Positions 1-9,852 of a DNA stretch of 64,000 nucleotides are shown here, piece after piece. This DNA comes from a virus. Taxonomy: Duplodnaviria > Heunggongvirae > Uroviricota > Caudoviricetes. Every line of letters begins with the position of its first letter. Position 1 is the stretch's first letter. The translations under genes were made by a program, and so were the position numbers. Location of the stretch: positions 54,803-118,802 of the IMG/VR virus record IMGVR_UViG_3300036766_002280; one strand, written 5' to 3'. The notes below the pieces were generated by a model. It made no database searches, was not told where the DNA came from, and saw only the letters and a list, made by a program, of their open reading frames with translations.

Positions 1-861
1 GCAGGTCTAGATTGGGAAGTTGAACTCCAGAGAATCTATGCTGGAGACGGGCAGCTTCTTATCGAGGACAAGAAAGCGGTCGTTAGAAAAGATAAAAATG
101 CGGTTTTAGGGGTGGTTGGCAATCAATATCGTCCTCTTCAGAACAGTGAGGCATTTTCTTTCTTAGATTCGTTAGTGGGAAAGGAATCTGCCGTGTATCA
201 TACAGCAGGGGCTCTTGGAAAAGGGGAGAAAATTTGGATTCTTCTAAAATTCCCTGAAGTTATGCGTATTCTGAAAGACGATGTGGTTGAAAAGTATTTC
301 TTGGTTACCAATTCTCACGATGGAACATCTTCCATTCAGCTCCTTTATACGCCGATTCGAGTTGTTTGTCAGAATACTCTTCATCAGGCATTGTATACAG
401 CTGAAGCAAAGGATCAGGTTATGAAGGTTCGGCACAGTGCCAGCACAATGACAAGATTGGATGATCTTAGAAATGTTTTGATGAAGGCAGATCAGTTTTG
501 GAACCAGATGCAGACTGATTCAGCCAGAATTCTTCAGCGTAAGATCAGCTACGAAGAAATGGATTCCTATTTTAGGAAATCCCTTCAAGTGGTTGAAACT
601 GAGGGCGAGATTAGCAAACAGGCAATGAAGACCTTGATGGGAATTCATGAGCTTGCTGAGACAGGACTGGGAACCGAGATCGAAGGTGTTAAAGGTACTT
701 TGTGGGGAGCTTACAACGCTGTAGTCGAATTCGTTGACCTCTACAGACCGGCTAAGAGTAAGAAGTTTGAAGAGACAGCCAAAGTGGATTCAGTCCTTTT
801 TGGTAGTGGCAGAGTAATCAAAGAGCGGGCATGGGATGAAGCTCTTGCGTTGGTTTCCTAA
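1..861 (+). CDS. DUF932-like phage/plasmid protein (5' end outside window)
   Basis: Frame 1 is open from base 1 to the stop at 861, so the listed M at 112 is internal. Overall resemblance to the DUF932/TIGR03299 family, judged by eye only. Confidence 0.4.
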   Translation, partial: AGLDWEVELQRIYAGDGQLLIEDKKAVVRKDKNAVLGVVGNQYRPLQNSEAFSFLDSLVGKESAVYHTAGALGKGEKIWILLKFPEVMRILKDDVVEKYFLVTNSHDGTSSIQLLYTPIRVVCQNTLHQALYTAEAKDQVMKVRHSASTMTRLDDLRNVLMKADQFWNQMQTDSARILQRKISYEEMDSYFRKSLQVVETEGEISKQAMKTLMGIHELAETGLGTEIEGVKGTLWGAYNAVVEFVDLYRPAKSKKFEETAKVDSVLFGSGRVIKERAWDEALALVS

Positions 862-885
862 CGTAACAAACGTAACAAAACTATT

Positions 886-920
886 CTACCCTGCTCTTTC
901 GAGCAGGGTAGCTTTTGTTC
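886..920 (+). terminator. rho-independent terminator
   Basis: Stem ctaccctgctc / gagcagggtag with a tttc loop, followed by cttttgtt. Confidence 0.7.
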
Positions 921-949
921 TTGATTTTGTATTTTGATTATTGTATAAT
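921..949 (+). promoter_or_regulatory. sigma70-like promoter TTGATT-17-TATAAT (variant of the repeated cassette)
   Basis: ttgatt at 921-926 and tataat at 944-949 with a 17-bp spacer, upstream of the 994 gene. Confidence 0.5.
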
Positions 950-993
950 ATAACAATGGAAGAACATTCGTTCTGGATTGGAGGAAAAAGAAA

Positions 994-1392
994 ATGTCAG
1001 ATTTTATCAAATTTACTAATCGAATTTGGATTTCTCCAGTAGGAGAAATTGTAGAAATGGTTACTGGAGATCAACATAGTAATTATGCTGGAAGATATTA
1101 TGCGGGAAAAGGTATTGTTTTAACTCCGTTTGAAGCTATGGAAAGATTTCTTAACGAAGGGTGGATTAGAGTTCAGAGCGATGGAAATAGGGTATCCTTA
1201 GAAGGAATCGAGTTGGCACTTAGTTCAAGAGGAGATTTTGTTTTTAGGCTTGTACCGAATTTTAAACAATTAGTGCTTATGTTTTTTGATACTGGAAAAT
1301 TCAAACTAGTACCACGAGAGCAAGTTGAAGGATGGTCTTGGGATTCGATTGTAAAAGAAGCAAGAAAAGGGTTGATAGCTTTTGGAGAATAA
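994..1392 (+). CDS. hypothetical protein
   Basis: 132-aa ORF with an AGGAAAAAG RBS-like stretch upstream. Confidence 0.5.
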   Translation: MSDFIKFTNRIWISPVGEIVEMVTGDQHSNYAGRYYAGKGIVLTPFEAMERFLNEGWIRVQSDGNRVSLEGIELALSSRGDFVFRLVPNFKQLVLMFFDTGKFKLVPREQVEGWSWDSIVKEARKGLIAFGE

Positions 1393-1406
1393 CTGGAAGA
1401 AACTTC

Positions 1407-1628
1407 ATGGAGGAACTTAAAATGGAAAAGAAAAAACAAGCCCTAAAGATGATAATGGTTAAAGTTACAGACCTGTGCCCGCTGCCTTGGAAGATTTTAT
1501 TTCTGTTATCGAAAGCAATTGAAAAGAAATGGACGAAACCTTACGTAGGGTTCTGGGAACAAAACAAGAAAACGTACTTTATGGTTAACGCAGGGTATTA
1601 CCATGTCGGTATCAGAATCTTCAAGTAG
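1407..1628 (+). CDS. hypothetical small protein
   Basis: In-frame ATG inside the 1332..1628 ORF, with a weak RBS. The upstream part overlaps the 994 gene. Confidence 0.3.
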   Translation: MEELKMEKKKQALKMIMVKVTDLCPLPWKILFLLSKAIEKKWTKPYVGFWEQNKKTYFMVNAGYYHVGIRIFK

Positions 1629-1637
1629 GAGATTTCA

Positions 1638-2273
1638 ATGTTTAAATATTTGTCAGATCTAGAAGGCACTAAAATGACCTTCAAAGTTATTAAAACTTAC
1701 CATAGTATTAAAAGATACGAAAGAGAAGATTATGCCCCTGTATCTGAGGAAGATGTCTATGATAAGGTAGAAGAGGCACTTCCCGAATTAGAAAAAAGCT
1801 GGATAGACAGAAATGGGTCCGTTGATTATTTTAAAGAACTTTTTTCTGGCATAATTACATCCAGATCTTTGAAATTGAATATTGTGATTGATGTTCGTCT
1901 GGATACTCAGACAATGAAACCGGCCATTATTATTACAACAGTAATGATCAAAGATAAATTTGTTCCGAAGAACATTAGATATATTCGATACTTAGTTTCA
2001 AAAAGGCAATCTCCGGCACAGATTAAGGACAAAGTATACTTAGATGGATCTGCTTTGTTGGCTTGCGATAGTACAGAAGGATTGGAAGATTTTCTTTTAG
2101 AAGATTTGAAATTCAGAGATTTAGAGCAAGATGTTGAGAATGGATCTATTGCAATGTACAGAGGAAAGGATGGTCTTGTTTACTGCGTAGATAATAGAGG
2201 AGATGGATTGTTCTACATTGTCGATATAAATTTTTCACAAGTATTTCCGGAATTTGTAATTAACCTAGATTAA
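1638..2273 (+). CDS. hypothetical protein
   Basis: 211-aa ORF with RBS gtaggagatttcaATG. Confidence 0.55.
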   Translation: MFKYLSDLEGTKMTFKVIKTYHSIKRYEREDYAPVSEEDVYDKVEEALPELEKSWIDRNGSVDYFKELFSGIITSRSLKLNIVIDVRLDTQTMKPAIIITTVMIKDKFVPKNIRYIRYLVSKRQSPAQIKDKVYLDGSALLACDSTEGLEDFLLEDLKFRDLEQDVENGSIAMYRGKDGLVYCVDNRGDGLFYIVDINFSQVFPEFVINLD

Positions 2274-2283
2274 GGAGATTTCT

Positions 2284-2472
2284 ATGCTTAGAGCAAATCT
2301 ATATTTTGAAGTTCCTGGATCTGAAATGTCGATAACTGAGCAGCATATTGGATTATACTTAATGTTAGGGGTTATCGGGATTATAATTTGTTGTGTAGTT
2401 ATTTTGCAATTGATGGAAAATTATGAAAAATCTAGACCGCAAACAGAGGAGGGGCAAGATGCAAAAAATTAG
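2284..2472 (+). CDS. small membrane protein
   Basis: RBS taaggag. Hydrophobic segment LYLMLGVIGIIICCVVILQL. Confidence 0.5.
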   Translation: MLRANLYFEVPGSEMSITEQHIGLYLMLGVIGIIICCVVILQLMENYEKSRPQTEEGQDAKN

Positions 2473-3304
2473 ACATGCCATTTTTGAGACCAACAGTTCA
2501 AGTTCTCATAGCATTAGCGTTAAAGATCTGGAGATCTCAGAAATGCTGGATACAGGCTTACTTCCAGATGAGAGTGGATATATTGTTCTAACTGGTGGAC
2601 AGTTTGGTTGGGAATGGGAAGCCTACAACGATGCCTATACGAAGGCGAATTATTGTGCTGTTGATCAGATTGGTAATAGAGATAATCTGGAAATGTTGAA
2701 GAAGGTCCTTCGGGAACAAACAGCTGCCAAGGATGTTATCATCAAGGTTTCTACAGATTACAATTCTGATTTTCATAGCTATATCGACCACGATAGCGAA
2801 GGAACTTCAAACTATGCTTTTACATCAGAGGAAAAGCTTCGAGATTTCATTTTTAATAAACGATCTTTCTTGTTCACGGGAAATGGTAATTCTGAAGCTC
2901 CACCCAATTTTTATGATGTGGATCCAGGAGTTGTTTTCAAATACGAAATGAGAATCGAAGGTTTGGATACTAAATCGTATAAGTTTGGTGCTAAACCAAA
3001 AAAAGAAGAACTACAGAAAGCCATTGAATGTCTTATGCAATTTCATCCTTTAACGAAGGAAAGTACTTTCCATCAAAGGATGGAAGGCAAGGACTTTGAT
3101 CTCTGTACGCGGAATCAAAAGACTATCGATGGAAGAATGATCAATTCTTTTTCGAAGTTGAGCAAAAAGGTTATTCGATTGTTCAAGAAAAAAAGCCAGT
3201 ATTCGAAGGACGAAAAAGAAGTTTATCTTGGAAACATGGTCTTTGAAGAAAAGGATCTTCCATTTTCGATATCAAAGATCGAGGAAACGGTAGTGTTAAA
3301 ATGA
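2459..3304 (+). CDS. hypothetical protein
   Basis: Start chosen at the internal ATG with RBS gaggagg. The ORF continues to 3304. Confidence 0.5.
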   Translation: MQKIRHAIFETNSSSSHSISVKDLEISEMLDTGLLPDESGYIVLTGGQFGWEWEAYNDAYTKANYCAVDQIGNRDNLEMLKKVLREQTAAKDVIIKVSTDYNSDFHSYIDHDSEGTSNYAFTSEEKLRDFIFNKRSFLFTGNGNSEAPPNFYDVDPGVVFKYEMRIEGLDTKSYKFGAKPKKEELQKAIECLMQFHPLTKESTFHQRMEGKDFDLCTRNQKTIDGRMINSFSKLSKKVIRLFKKKSQYSKDEKEVYLGNMVFEEKDLPFSISKIEETVVLK

Positions 3305-4179
3305 TCAAGTACCAGAATGGAAATACCGAAGTTACTATTCTTGATGATGGAACCAAAATCCGGGAATACTCAGGTATTCCTAAGCCTGTATTCCCGGAAT
3401 CCATAGATATCAAGATAACTAATTATTGCGATCTTGGATGTGCCTATTGTCATGAAATGTCTACAACGGAAGGGGTTCATGCCAATTTGGTTCATTTAAT
3501 CGATAAGCTGGAAGATCTTCCTGTTGGTACTGAATTGGCTATTGGAGGAGGTAATCCTTTATCTCATCCGTTTATAAAGCATTTTCTTTGGTGTTTAACA
3601 GGGCAAGGTTTTATTCCAAATCTGACTGTTAACCAAGGGCATGTGAAAAGATTTGAGGCTGTTCTGGCATCTATTATTTCGATGGGGCATATTAAAGGTC
3701 TTGGCATATCGGTTCTTAATTCTAAAAATCTTTCTTGTTTAGATTTGATTCGATCTTTGACCAGTAATATTGTTTACCATGTGATTGCGGGAAAAGACAA
3801 AGTCGAAGTCATGGACGATATTTTGAAGTATGATCCAAATGCTAAAATTCTTATTCTTGGGTTCAAGCATTACGGTCGTGGTCTTTCGTTTTATAACGAG
3901 GGTATCAACGAAGAACTCAAACGATGGAAGATGTATTTGGCTCGTTATTTTGGCAAGTGTATTATTTCGTTTGATAATCTGGCCATTGAGCAACTGAGGG
4001 TAAAAAGGTTTTTTACTCAAAAAGGATGGGACAAGTTTTACATGGGGGACGACTTTACGTTCTCGATGTATATCGATGCTATTAAAGAAGAGTTTGCTCC
4101 CACCAGCAGGAGTTCAAACAGGACAAGTTGGAATAACCTTTCAATAAAAGATTACTTTGGAGGATCAGTATGTACCTAA
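3301..4179 (+). CDS. radical SAM-like protein
   Basis: CDLGCAYC (CX3CX2C) followed by AIGGGNP, which resembles the GGEP SAM-binding motif. Start overlaps the upstream stop (ATGA). Confidence 0.45.
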   Translation: MIKYQNGNTEVTILDDGTKIREYSGIPKPVFPESIDIKITNYCDLGCAYCHEMSTTEGVHANLVHLIDKLEDLPVGTELAIGGGNPLSHPFIKHFLWCLTGQGFIPNLTVNQGHVKRFEAVLASIISMGHIKGLGISVLNSKNLSCLDLIRSLTSNIVYHVIAGKDKVEVMDDILKYDPNAKILILGFKHYGRGLSFYNEGINEELKRWKMYLARYFGKCIISFDNLAIEQLRVKRFFTQKGWDKFYMGDDFTFSMYIDAIKEEFAPTSRSSNRTSWNNLSIKDYFGGSVCT

Positions 4180-4301
4180 TCTGGGCAGGGTTTGGGTTGA
4201 GTTTGATTTTTGGGCTTATTATTTATGTAAGCTATAAACAAGGGTACGAAGATGGAGAAAAGAATGCTAAGAAGGAAGCCAGTAGGTTAAAATCTGTATG
4301 A
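4170..4301 (+). CDS. small membrane protein (43 aa)
   Basis: RBS tttggagga. One hydrophobic helix. Stop overlaps the next start (ATGA). Too short for the ORF track cutoff. Confidence 0.4.
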   Translation: MYLIWAGFGLSLIFGLIIYVSYKQGYEDGEKNAKKEASRLKSV

Positions 4302-4714
4302 AGAAAAAGACTTTATCTTTGCTGACAGATATTGGATCTGCTCTGAAGTTTTATTTCTATAACTGGACTTTTCTTATTAATGGTTCTTGTATAGCTTTCG
4401 TCTGGTATGAAAATTATAAAGGGTTTGATTACAATGCCGAAAGAAATTCTATTGCTTTAGTGATATCTTTTTTTATTATGGCAATGCACTTCAACGGTCA
4501 ATTAATGGATCTAACTCGATCAAAAACTGCTGATTTTAGAAAGTGGTTAGATAAATATAAAGAACTTTGTGCAGAACAATCAGAGATAATTACTAGAATA
4601 CATAATGAAAATCAAATTTTGCTAGAGATGTTAGAGAAGTTTAAACAGGCAAATAGTAAACTTTACGCAGAAAATGAAAGTCTTCATCAACGTTTAGAAA
4701 AAGGGTACGAGTAG
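4298..4714 (+). CDS. membrane protein with C-terminal coiled coil
   Basis: Hydrophobic stretch IAFVWY...LVISFFIMAMHF, then a heptad-like region. Confidence 0.5.
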   Translation: MKKKTLSLLTDIGSALKFYFYNWTFLINGSCIAFVWYENYKGFDYNAERNSIALVISFFIMAMHFNGQLMDLTRSKTADFRKWLDKYKELCAEQSEIITRIHNENQILLEMLEKFKQANSKLYAENESLHQRLEKGYE

Positions 4715-4753
4715 GGTTTAGTAGCCGACGGGCTACTAAAAGGATAGTGTCTA

Positions 4754-4978
4754 ATGAAAAATAGAGACGACAGAGAAAAAATTCATATGAGTACTGGGAC
4801 TGAAAAAGATCAGTTGGCTAAGGATTTAACAGAATTCATGGAAGGGTTTTTCCTTTCTAGATTTATTCGTGGAATAGGGCATAATGAAGGTTACCACGGC
4901 ATGGTTCTGAGTATGCCAGTAGAAGTTTTTTCCGATGAAGTTTTGAAATTTTTAGAGACGAAAAAGAAGTTGGTTTGA
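4754..4978 (+). CDS. hypothetical protein
   Basis: 74-aa ORF with RBS aaaagga. Confidence 0.4.
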   Translation: MKNRDDREKIHMSTGTEKDQLAKDLTEFMEGFFLSRFIRGIGHNEGYHGMVLSMPVEVFSDEVLKFLETKKKLV

Positions 4979-5146
4979 AAGAAAAGTGCTTTGGAAAAGC
5001 TTCTAGACCGCAGAACGAGGATATCGTTAAAAAGTGATTTTTCAACTTGGAATTGCCATAATAATGATTGTGTATATGGGATGTCTTTTTGCTAATGCCT
5101 ATGAGGCATGGAAGAGACAAAATGAAAGATACAAAGAACGGGATAA

Positions 5147-5383
5147 GTGGTTAAACAAATGAGTATAGAAAAAGAAAAAACTGTAAAAGAATTGCTTGAT
5201 GATATTATTCAAACAGCAAAAGAACTTCAAGCTCTACAGAAATCAAGTCCAAATGAATTTGGAAAACGAGAAGCCAATGTTCTATCAAATGTGGATTCAA
5301 AATTATACGAAGTCAAGCTAGAAATCAGCGTTACTTCGAAAACGAAAAAAGTAATGGCAAAAAAATATGAGGACGAATTCTAA
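5147..5383 (+). CDS. hypothetical protein
   Basis: 78-aa Lys/Glu-rich ORF. Confidence 0.35.
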   Translation: MVKQMSIEKEKTVKELLDDIIQTAKELQALQKSSPNEFGKREANVLSNVDSKLYEVKLEISVTSKTKKVMAKKYEDEF

Positions 5384-5384
5384 A

Positions 5385-5828
5385 ATGAAAAAAGAAACGG
5401 TAGATAAAATTTTTAAAAAATTAATCAAAGAATCTCTTTGTCAGGGAAAAGAAACAGATAAATTAGTCCACGAAGCTTTAGCTCGTGGAGGTAGAACTTT
5501 GGTACTAGATGAGAATATTATGGAGTTAAGGGATCTTCTAAGAAATAAAAACTATACAGTTAACGTGGCACATGGAGTCGACGCTGAAATATTGGAAGAT
5601 CAAGTTAGAAATCATATTTTTCTTACAAATAATGCCTCAGATTTTGATGATGAAGATTTGCAAAAACTTTGTTATTACGGATTAGTTCTTACCCCTAATC
5701 CTAATGATTTTGATTCAAAATTGATGGCAGATGCTATCGAAAAAGTTCTAATGCAAGCTAATTTTGCAGGAAATCTAATACAGACGTGGCAGATTACGCA
5801 GGATTATAAATTCAGTAAAGTGAGATAA
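5385..5828 (+). CDS. DUF5615/Mut7-C-like PIN-fold protein (paralog of 10174..10575)
   Basis: VLDENIMELRDLLRNKNYTV...HIFLTNNASDFDDED fits the DUF5615 pattern (L-DENL...L...G-V......IL.T-D-DF). Confidence 0.45.
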   Translation: MKKETVDKIFKKLIKESLCQGKETDKLVHEALARGGRTLVLDENIMELRDLLRNKNYTVNVAHGVDAEILEDQVRNHIFLTNNASDFDDEDLQKLCYYGLVLTPNPNDFDSKLMADAIEKVLMQANFAGNLIQTWQITQDYKFSKVR

Positions 5829-5886
5829 TGGGTTGATGAGTACCCGTATATACCCCAATGTAAAATATCATGGATGAGGAGTAGAA

Positions 5887-7149
5887 ATGCCCATACAACA
5901 AGTATCTTTCGATGCTAGATCAAAGGTTCCAGTCAAGATCTGGACTAATGATATAGATGTCAAAACAAAAACTCAGTTAGATAATCTTGCAACAATGCCT
6001 TTTATTTTCCCTCATATTGCGGTTATGGCTGATTGCCATCTTGGAAAAGGAGCTACCATTGGATCAGTTATTCCTTGTCGTGGAGCTGTAATTCCTGCAT
6101 CAGTTGGAGTTGATCTTGGATGTGGAATGTCCGCAGCAAAATTGAATTTAAAGGTGGAAGAGCTTCCTGATACTCTTCATCCTGTTCGATTAGAAATTGA
6201 ACGATTAGTTCCTCATGGAAGAAGCGATGGTGGAGGACGAGGAGACTACGGAGCTTGGGGAGACCTTCCTGCTGATGTTGCTCAAGCCTGGTTTCATGAA
6301 CATTGGGGAGGTTCGACTTTACAAGCAAGATTAGATGCCATAGGAGTAGTTCATCCAGGTATTGTAAAAAAGCCTGTTAACGCGGAAAGGCATCTTGGAA
6401 CTCTTGGAACAGGAAATCATTTTGTAGAAGTGTGCTTTGATGAAAACAATGATATATGGGTTATGTTACATTCTGGTAGCCGTGGCATTGGCAACCGTAT
6501 TGGAACATATTTTATCGAATTAGCAAAGAAAGATATGAAGAAGTGGTTTATCAACTTACCGGATGAAGATCTTGCTTATCTGCCTGAAGGGTCTGATAAT
6601 TTCAATGATTATGTTCAAGCTGTGTCATGGGCTCAGGACTTTGCGAAGGCAAACAGAGAAATCATGCTGAAAAGAACTTTACGGGCGTTGTCAACTACTA
6701 TTCCTGTTTACAGAGACGGGCATAAAGATCTTCTGGTTCAGGATTCGATCATAGATTGTCATCATAACTATTTGATTCAAGAACATCACTTCGATCAAAA
6801 TGTCTGGGTTACCCGCAAGGGGGCAATTCGAGCACGGGTGGGAGATCTTGGGATTATACCCGGAAGTATGGGCACGGGTAGTTTTATTGTGGAAGGTAAG
6901 GGAAATCTTCAATCGTTTCACTCATGCTCCCACGGGGCAGGCAGAAGAATGAGTCGTGGAGAAGCTGCGCGTACCTTTACTGTTGAAGATCTTATAAAGC
7001 AAACGGATGGAATTGAATGCAAAAAGGATTTAAGCATTATCGACGAAATACCGGGAGCTTACAAAGATATTTATACAGTAATGGAAAATCAAAGTGATTT
7101 GGTTTCAATTAAGCATAAACTTCTGCAGATTATAAACGTAAAAGGGTAA
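5887..7149 (+). CDS. rtcB: RtcB-family RNA 3'-phosphate ligase
   Basis: Motifs GTLGTGNHFVEV, HSGSRGIGN, CHHNY and HSCSHGAGR. Length 420 aa is typical. RBS gaggag. Confidence 0.85.
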   Translation: MPIQQVSFDARSKVPVKIWTNDIDVKTKTQLDNLATMPFIFPHIAVMADCHLGKGATIGSVIPCRGAVIPASVGVDLGCGMSAAKLNLKVEELPDTLHPVRLEIERLVPHGRSDGGGRGDYGAWGDLPADVAQAWFHEHWGGSTLQARLDAIGVVHPGIVKKPVNAERHLGTLGTGNHFVEVCFDENNDIWVMLHSGSRGIGNRIGTYFIELAKKDMKKWFINLPDEDLAYLPEGSDNFNDYVQAVSWAQDFAKANREIMLKRTLRALSTTIPVYRDGHKDLLVQDSIIDCHHNYLIQEHHFDQNVWVTRKGAIRARVGDLGIIPGSMGTGSFIVEGKGNLQSFHSCSHGAGRRMSRGEAARTFTVEDLIKQTDGIECKKDLSIIDEIPGAYKDIYTVMENQSDLVSIKHKLLQIINVKG

Positions 7150-7211
7150 TCAAAAGTATAATAAATCAAAAAATCAAAAGTATATTTGATAAAATAACAA
7201 AGGAGAGTAAA

Positions 7212-7808
7212 ATGGTAAAATGGATTGCACTTGGAATTCTGGGAATTTTTGTATTAGTTGGAATGGGTACTTGTAGTTTTGGGGTGGAGACCTATAATTC
7301 TCTGGTGGCTGAAAGAGAAATGGTTAAACAAAAACTATCTCAGGTTCAGAATGTTTATCAACGACGTAATGATTTACTTCCAAATCTTGTTGAGATTGTT
7401 TCAGGTTATGCAAAGCACGAGCATAATACTTTGACAGATGTTATTACGGCAAGAAGTAAAGCAAGTGCTATTACAATTGATCCTTCAAAAGTTACTCCAA
7501 AACAGTTAGCGGCATTTCAAAGTTCTCAGGGTGAAATCAGTCAAGCTCTTGGTCGTTTAATGGTGGTATCAGAGCAGTACCCTAACTTGAAAGCTGATAC
7601 TCAGTTTATCAACTTACAATCCCAGGTAGAAGGAACGGAAAATCGTATTGCTGTGGAAAGAAGAGAATTTAACTTAGCTGCACAAAGGTTTGATACTCAT
7701 ATCGCTATATTTCCAACAATGATAATTGCTAGAGCTTTTGCTTTTGTTGAATACCCATATTTTCAAGCAGAAGTCGGCGTAGAAAAAGCACCCAAAATTA
7801 AGTTCTAA
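7212..7808 (+). CDS. lemA: LemA family membrane protein
   Basis: N-terminal TM helix. YNSLVAERE...YQRRNDLLPNLVEIVSGYAKHEHNTLTDV is the LemA signature. Confidence 0.8.
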   Translation: MVKWIALGILGIFVLVGMGTCSFGVETYNSLVAEREMVKQKLSQVQNVYQRRNDLLPNLVEIVSGYAKHEHNTLTDVITARSKASAITIDPSKVTPKQLAAFQSSQGEISQALGRLMVVSEQYPNLKADTQFINLQSQVEGTENRIAVERREFNLAAQRFDTHIAIFPTMIIARAFAFVEYPYFQAEVGVEKAPKIKF

Positions 7809-7819
7809 AAAGGAAATAA

Positions 7820-8371
7820 ATGCAAAACAGTAATCATCTTCGTTTGATGGAAGCTATGGAAGAATATCGGGATCAACTTAATTTGACTAGATGCGACTTC
7901 CGAGTAATCTATCCTTATAATGCTGAAATAAGATCAATGGAACATTTATTTAGAATTGTAAATTATCCTGACTTTTCTGTAGAAGAAATAATTGAGCAGC
8001 TTATTTTTTGGAAGACAGTATTGGAATCAACGAGAGGTTGTGTTTCTAGTGTGATTGAATGCGTGAAACAAAATTCAAGTAGCCCGCCTTGTTGTGTTAT
8101 AGGTCCAGCAACTTATTCGGCAGCTGATTTTGCACCTATTTCACAGGAGCAAGAAAGAGCTTTTAGAATTGTTTCGGACATTAGATTTGCTCAGAACCTA
8201 GATTGGCCATCAACTCCTTCTAGACAACGGTATAATTGTAGTTTTTGCTCTGAAAAAGATCTTGAGAATTTTTACACTTCTAAGAGAGGAAATATTGCTT
8301 GTCCAAAATGCTTCAAAGAACGGGAGGCAAGGCATCTTGCCAAGGAGAAAAAAGTAAATGCAAACATTTGA
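7820..8371 (+). CDS. hypothetical protein with C-terminal zinc ribbon
   Basis: CSFCSEKD...CPKC motif. Confidence 0.45.
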   Translation: MQNSNHLRLMEAMEEYRDQLNLTRCDFRVIYPYNAEIRSMEHLFRIVNYPDFSVEEIIEQLIFWKTVLESTRGCVSSVIECVKQNSSSPPCCVIGPATYSAADFAPISQEQERAFRIVSDIRFAQNLDWPSTPSRQRYNCSFCSEKDLENFYTSKRGNIACPKCFKEREARHLAKEKKVNANI

Positions 8372-8507
8372 TGTTACTCTTACAATGAAGGTCCTGGCTG
8401 AGACAGAAAAAGAAGCTGAAAAAGAATTGAATCGCATGATTAACGATATGGACTACTTTGTTACCCTCGTTAAGGATTCAGTTTCCTTACATTTGTCACA
8501 GGAATAG
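8358..8507 (+). CDS. hypothetical small protein (49 aa)
   Basis: RBS aaggagaaaaaagtaaATG. Below the ORF track cutoff. Confidence 0.35.
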   Translation: MQTFDVTLTMKVLAETEKEAEKELNRMINDMDYFVTLVKDSVSLHLSQE

Positions 8508-8508
8508 A

Positions 8509-9225
8509 ATGAGACTTCGTTTACTTTCGATTTTGATTTGGCTAATAAGTTTTTCTACGTTCTCTTCAGCAGGAGAGTATGACCATCCAGAAGGTAGAGT
8601 AAATGATTTTGCTCATATTTTAAGCATCAGAACGAAGAATATACTGGAAGCAAGATTACGTGACTTTGATAAAAAAACAAGTGTAGAAATTATTATTGTT
8701 ACTCTTCCAAAGTTAGATGGCAGGCCAATCGAAGATGTTACTATCGAAATTGCAAAGAAGTGGAAGATTGGTAAAAAGGATAAAAATAATGGAGTTCTTT
8801 TCACAATTGCTCCACATGATCATAAAGCAAGATTGGAAGTTGGCTACGGTCTAGAACCTATTATAACTGATGCCACTGCGAAAGGTATTTTACACAATGA
8901 TGTATTACCTTATTTTAAGAAAAGTGATTGGGATGGAGGAATAACTGCCGGGATCGATAAAGTTATGGAGCTTGTATCGAAGGATAAAACTTTAGCAGGA
9001 GTGATCTTTACCGATACTCTTGAAAAAGATTTATCGCTTTCAGGCTGGGAAGTGTTCTGGATTGCTTTAGGGGTAGCAATTCTTCTTCTGATAATGCTTG
9101 CTATTTTTGGAGTGGATGGCCTAGCTTTCATTGGCATCATATTGAATGCTATTTTGTCTGGTCGAAAAGATAAAGGATATTCAGGAAAAGGTGGTGGATT
9201 TGGAGGTGGAGGTTCTAGTGATTAA
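8509..9225 (+). CDS. TPM-domain (TLP18.3/Psb32-like) protein with C-terminal TM and Gly-rich tail
   Basis: Signal-like N-terminus MRLRLLSILIWLISFSTFSSA when started at the ATG at 8509. TPM-like core, TM helix and GGGFGGGG tail. Sits directly after LemA, a common pairing. Confidence 0.6.
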   Translation: MRLRLLSILIWLISFSTFSSAGEYDHPEGRVNDFAHILSIRTKNILEARLRDFDKKTSVEIIIVTLPKLDGRPIEDVTIEIAKKWKIGKKDKNNGVLFTIAPHDHKARLEVGYGLEPIITDATAKGILHNDVLPYFKKSDWDGGITAGIDKVMELVSKDKTLAGVIFTDTLEKDLSLSGWEVFWIALGVAILLLIMLAIFGVDGLAFIGIILNAILSGRKDKGYSGKGGGFGGGGSSD

Positions 9226-9487
9226 GAATTTAATTGTAATTGTTATCGTAGGTTTGGCACTATGGAGCTGCGAAGATACTGGTCCTCTTAAAGAAGAAAC
9301 TTCGAATAATCCAGATTATCATGTAGCTTTTCTTTTTGAGTACGAGCACTGTCGAGTTTATCGTTTTCATGATAAGCGGCACTATCATTTCTTTACAAAT
9401 TGCTCCGGTACAATGTCAGATCTTGCTCAAAATAAGAATAGTATTTATCCTGATGAAATTCCAACCAATCACCAACCACGGAGGTAA
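9219..9487 (+). CDS. putative lipoprotein
   Basis: GTG start after GGAGG. Signal VIKNLIVIVIVGLALWSC. Confidence 0.3.
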
Positions 9488-9489
9488 AA

Positions 9490-9825
9490 ATGAATAAAAA
9501 GCACTATCACAAAAGCTGTGGAGGCTTATTAACTTTAAAACAGGGAGATCTTCGTTGTTCCAGACATGGGGTTATTAAACGAGGAATTAAACATAAGGAA
9601 GGAGATTCTTTAGATGACTCGACATTACTTGGATTCTTGGGAGGATTTTTGGCTGGTGAAATACTGTCTAGTTCCGTTTTTAGTTCTGCTGGGGACGATG
9701 ACAGTTCTTATTCTGGGGGTGGTGGCGATAGTGGTGGTGGCGGTTCTTCTGATAGTTGGAGTGACTCTTCAAGTGGCGGCGGTAGTGATTCTGGCTCCGG
9801 TGCTGGCGGCACGGGAGGGGATTAA
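9490..9825 (+). CDS. Gly/Ser/Asp-rich low-complexity protein with N-terminal Cys/His cluster
   Basis: RBS ggaggtaaaaATG. The overlapping hydrophobic frame 9614..9853 is considered less likely. Confidence 0.4.
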   Translation: MNKKHYHKSCGGLLTLKQGDLRCSRHGVIKRGIKHKEGDSLDDSTLLGFLGGFLAGEILSSSVFSSAGDDDSSYSGGGGDSGGGGSSDSWSDSSSGGGSDSGSGAGGTGGD

Positions 9826-9852
9826 AGCAATCGTAAAGGCATTCAGAAAATA

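Noticed and set aside
244-435. Minus-strand ORFs throughout (for example 244-435, 6068-6328, 12080-12304, 52676-52891)
   Set aside because: All lie inside well-supported + strand genes, are AT-rich low-complexity, and lack RBSs. The whole window is transcribed left to right.
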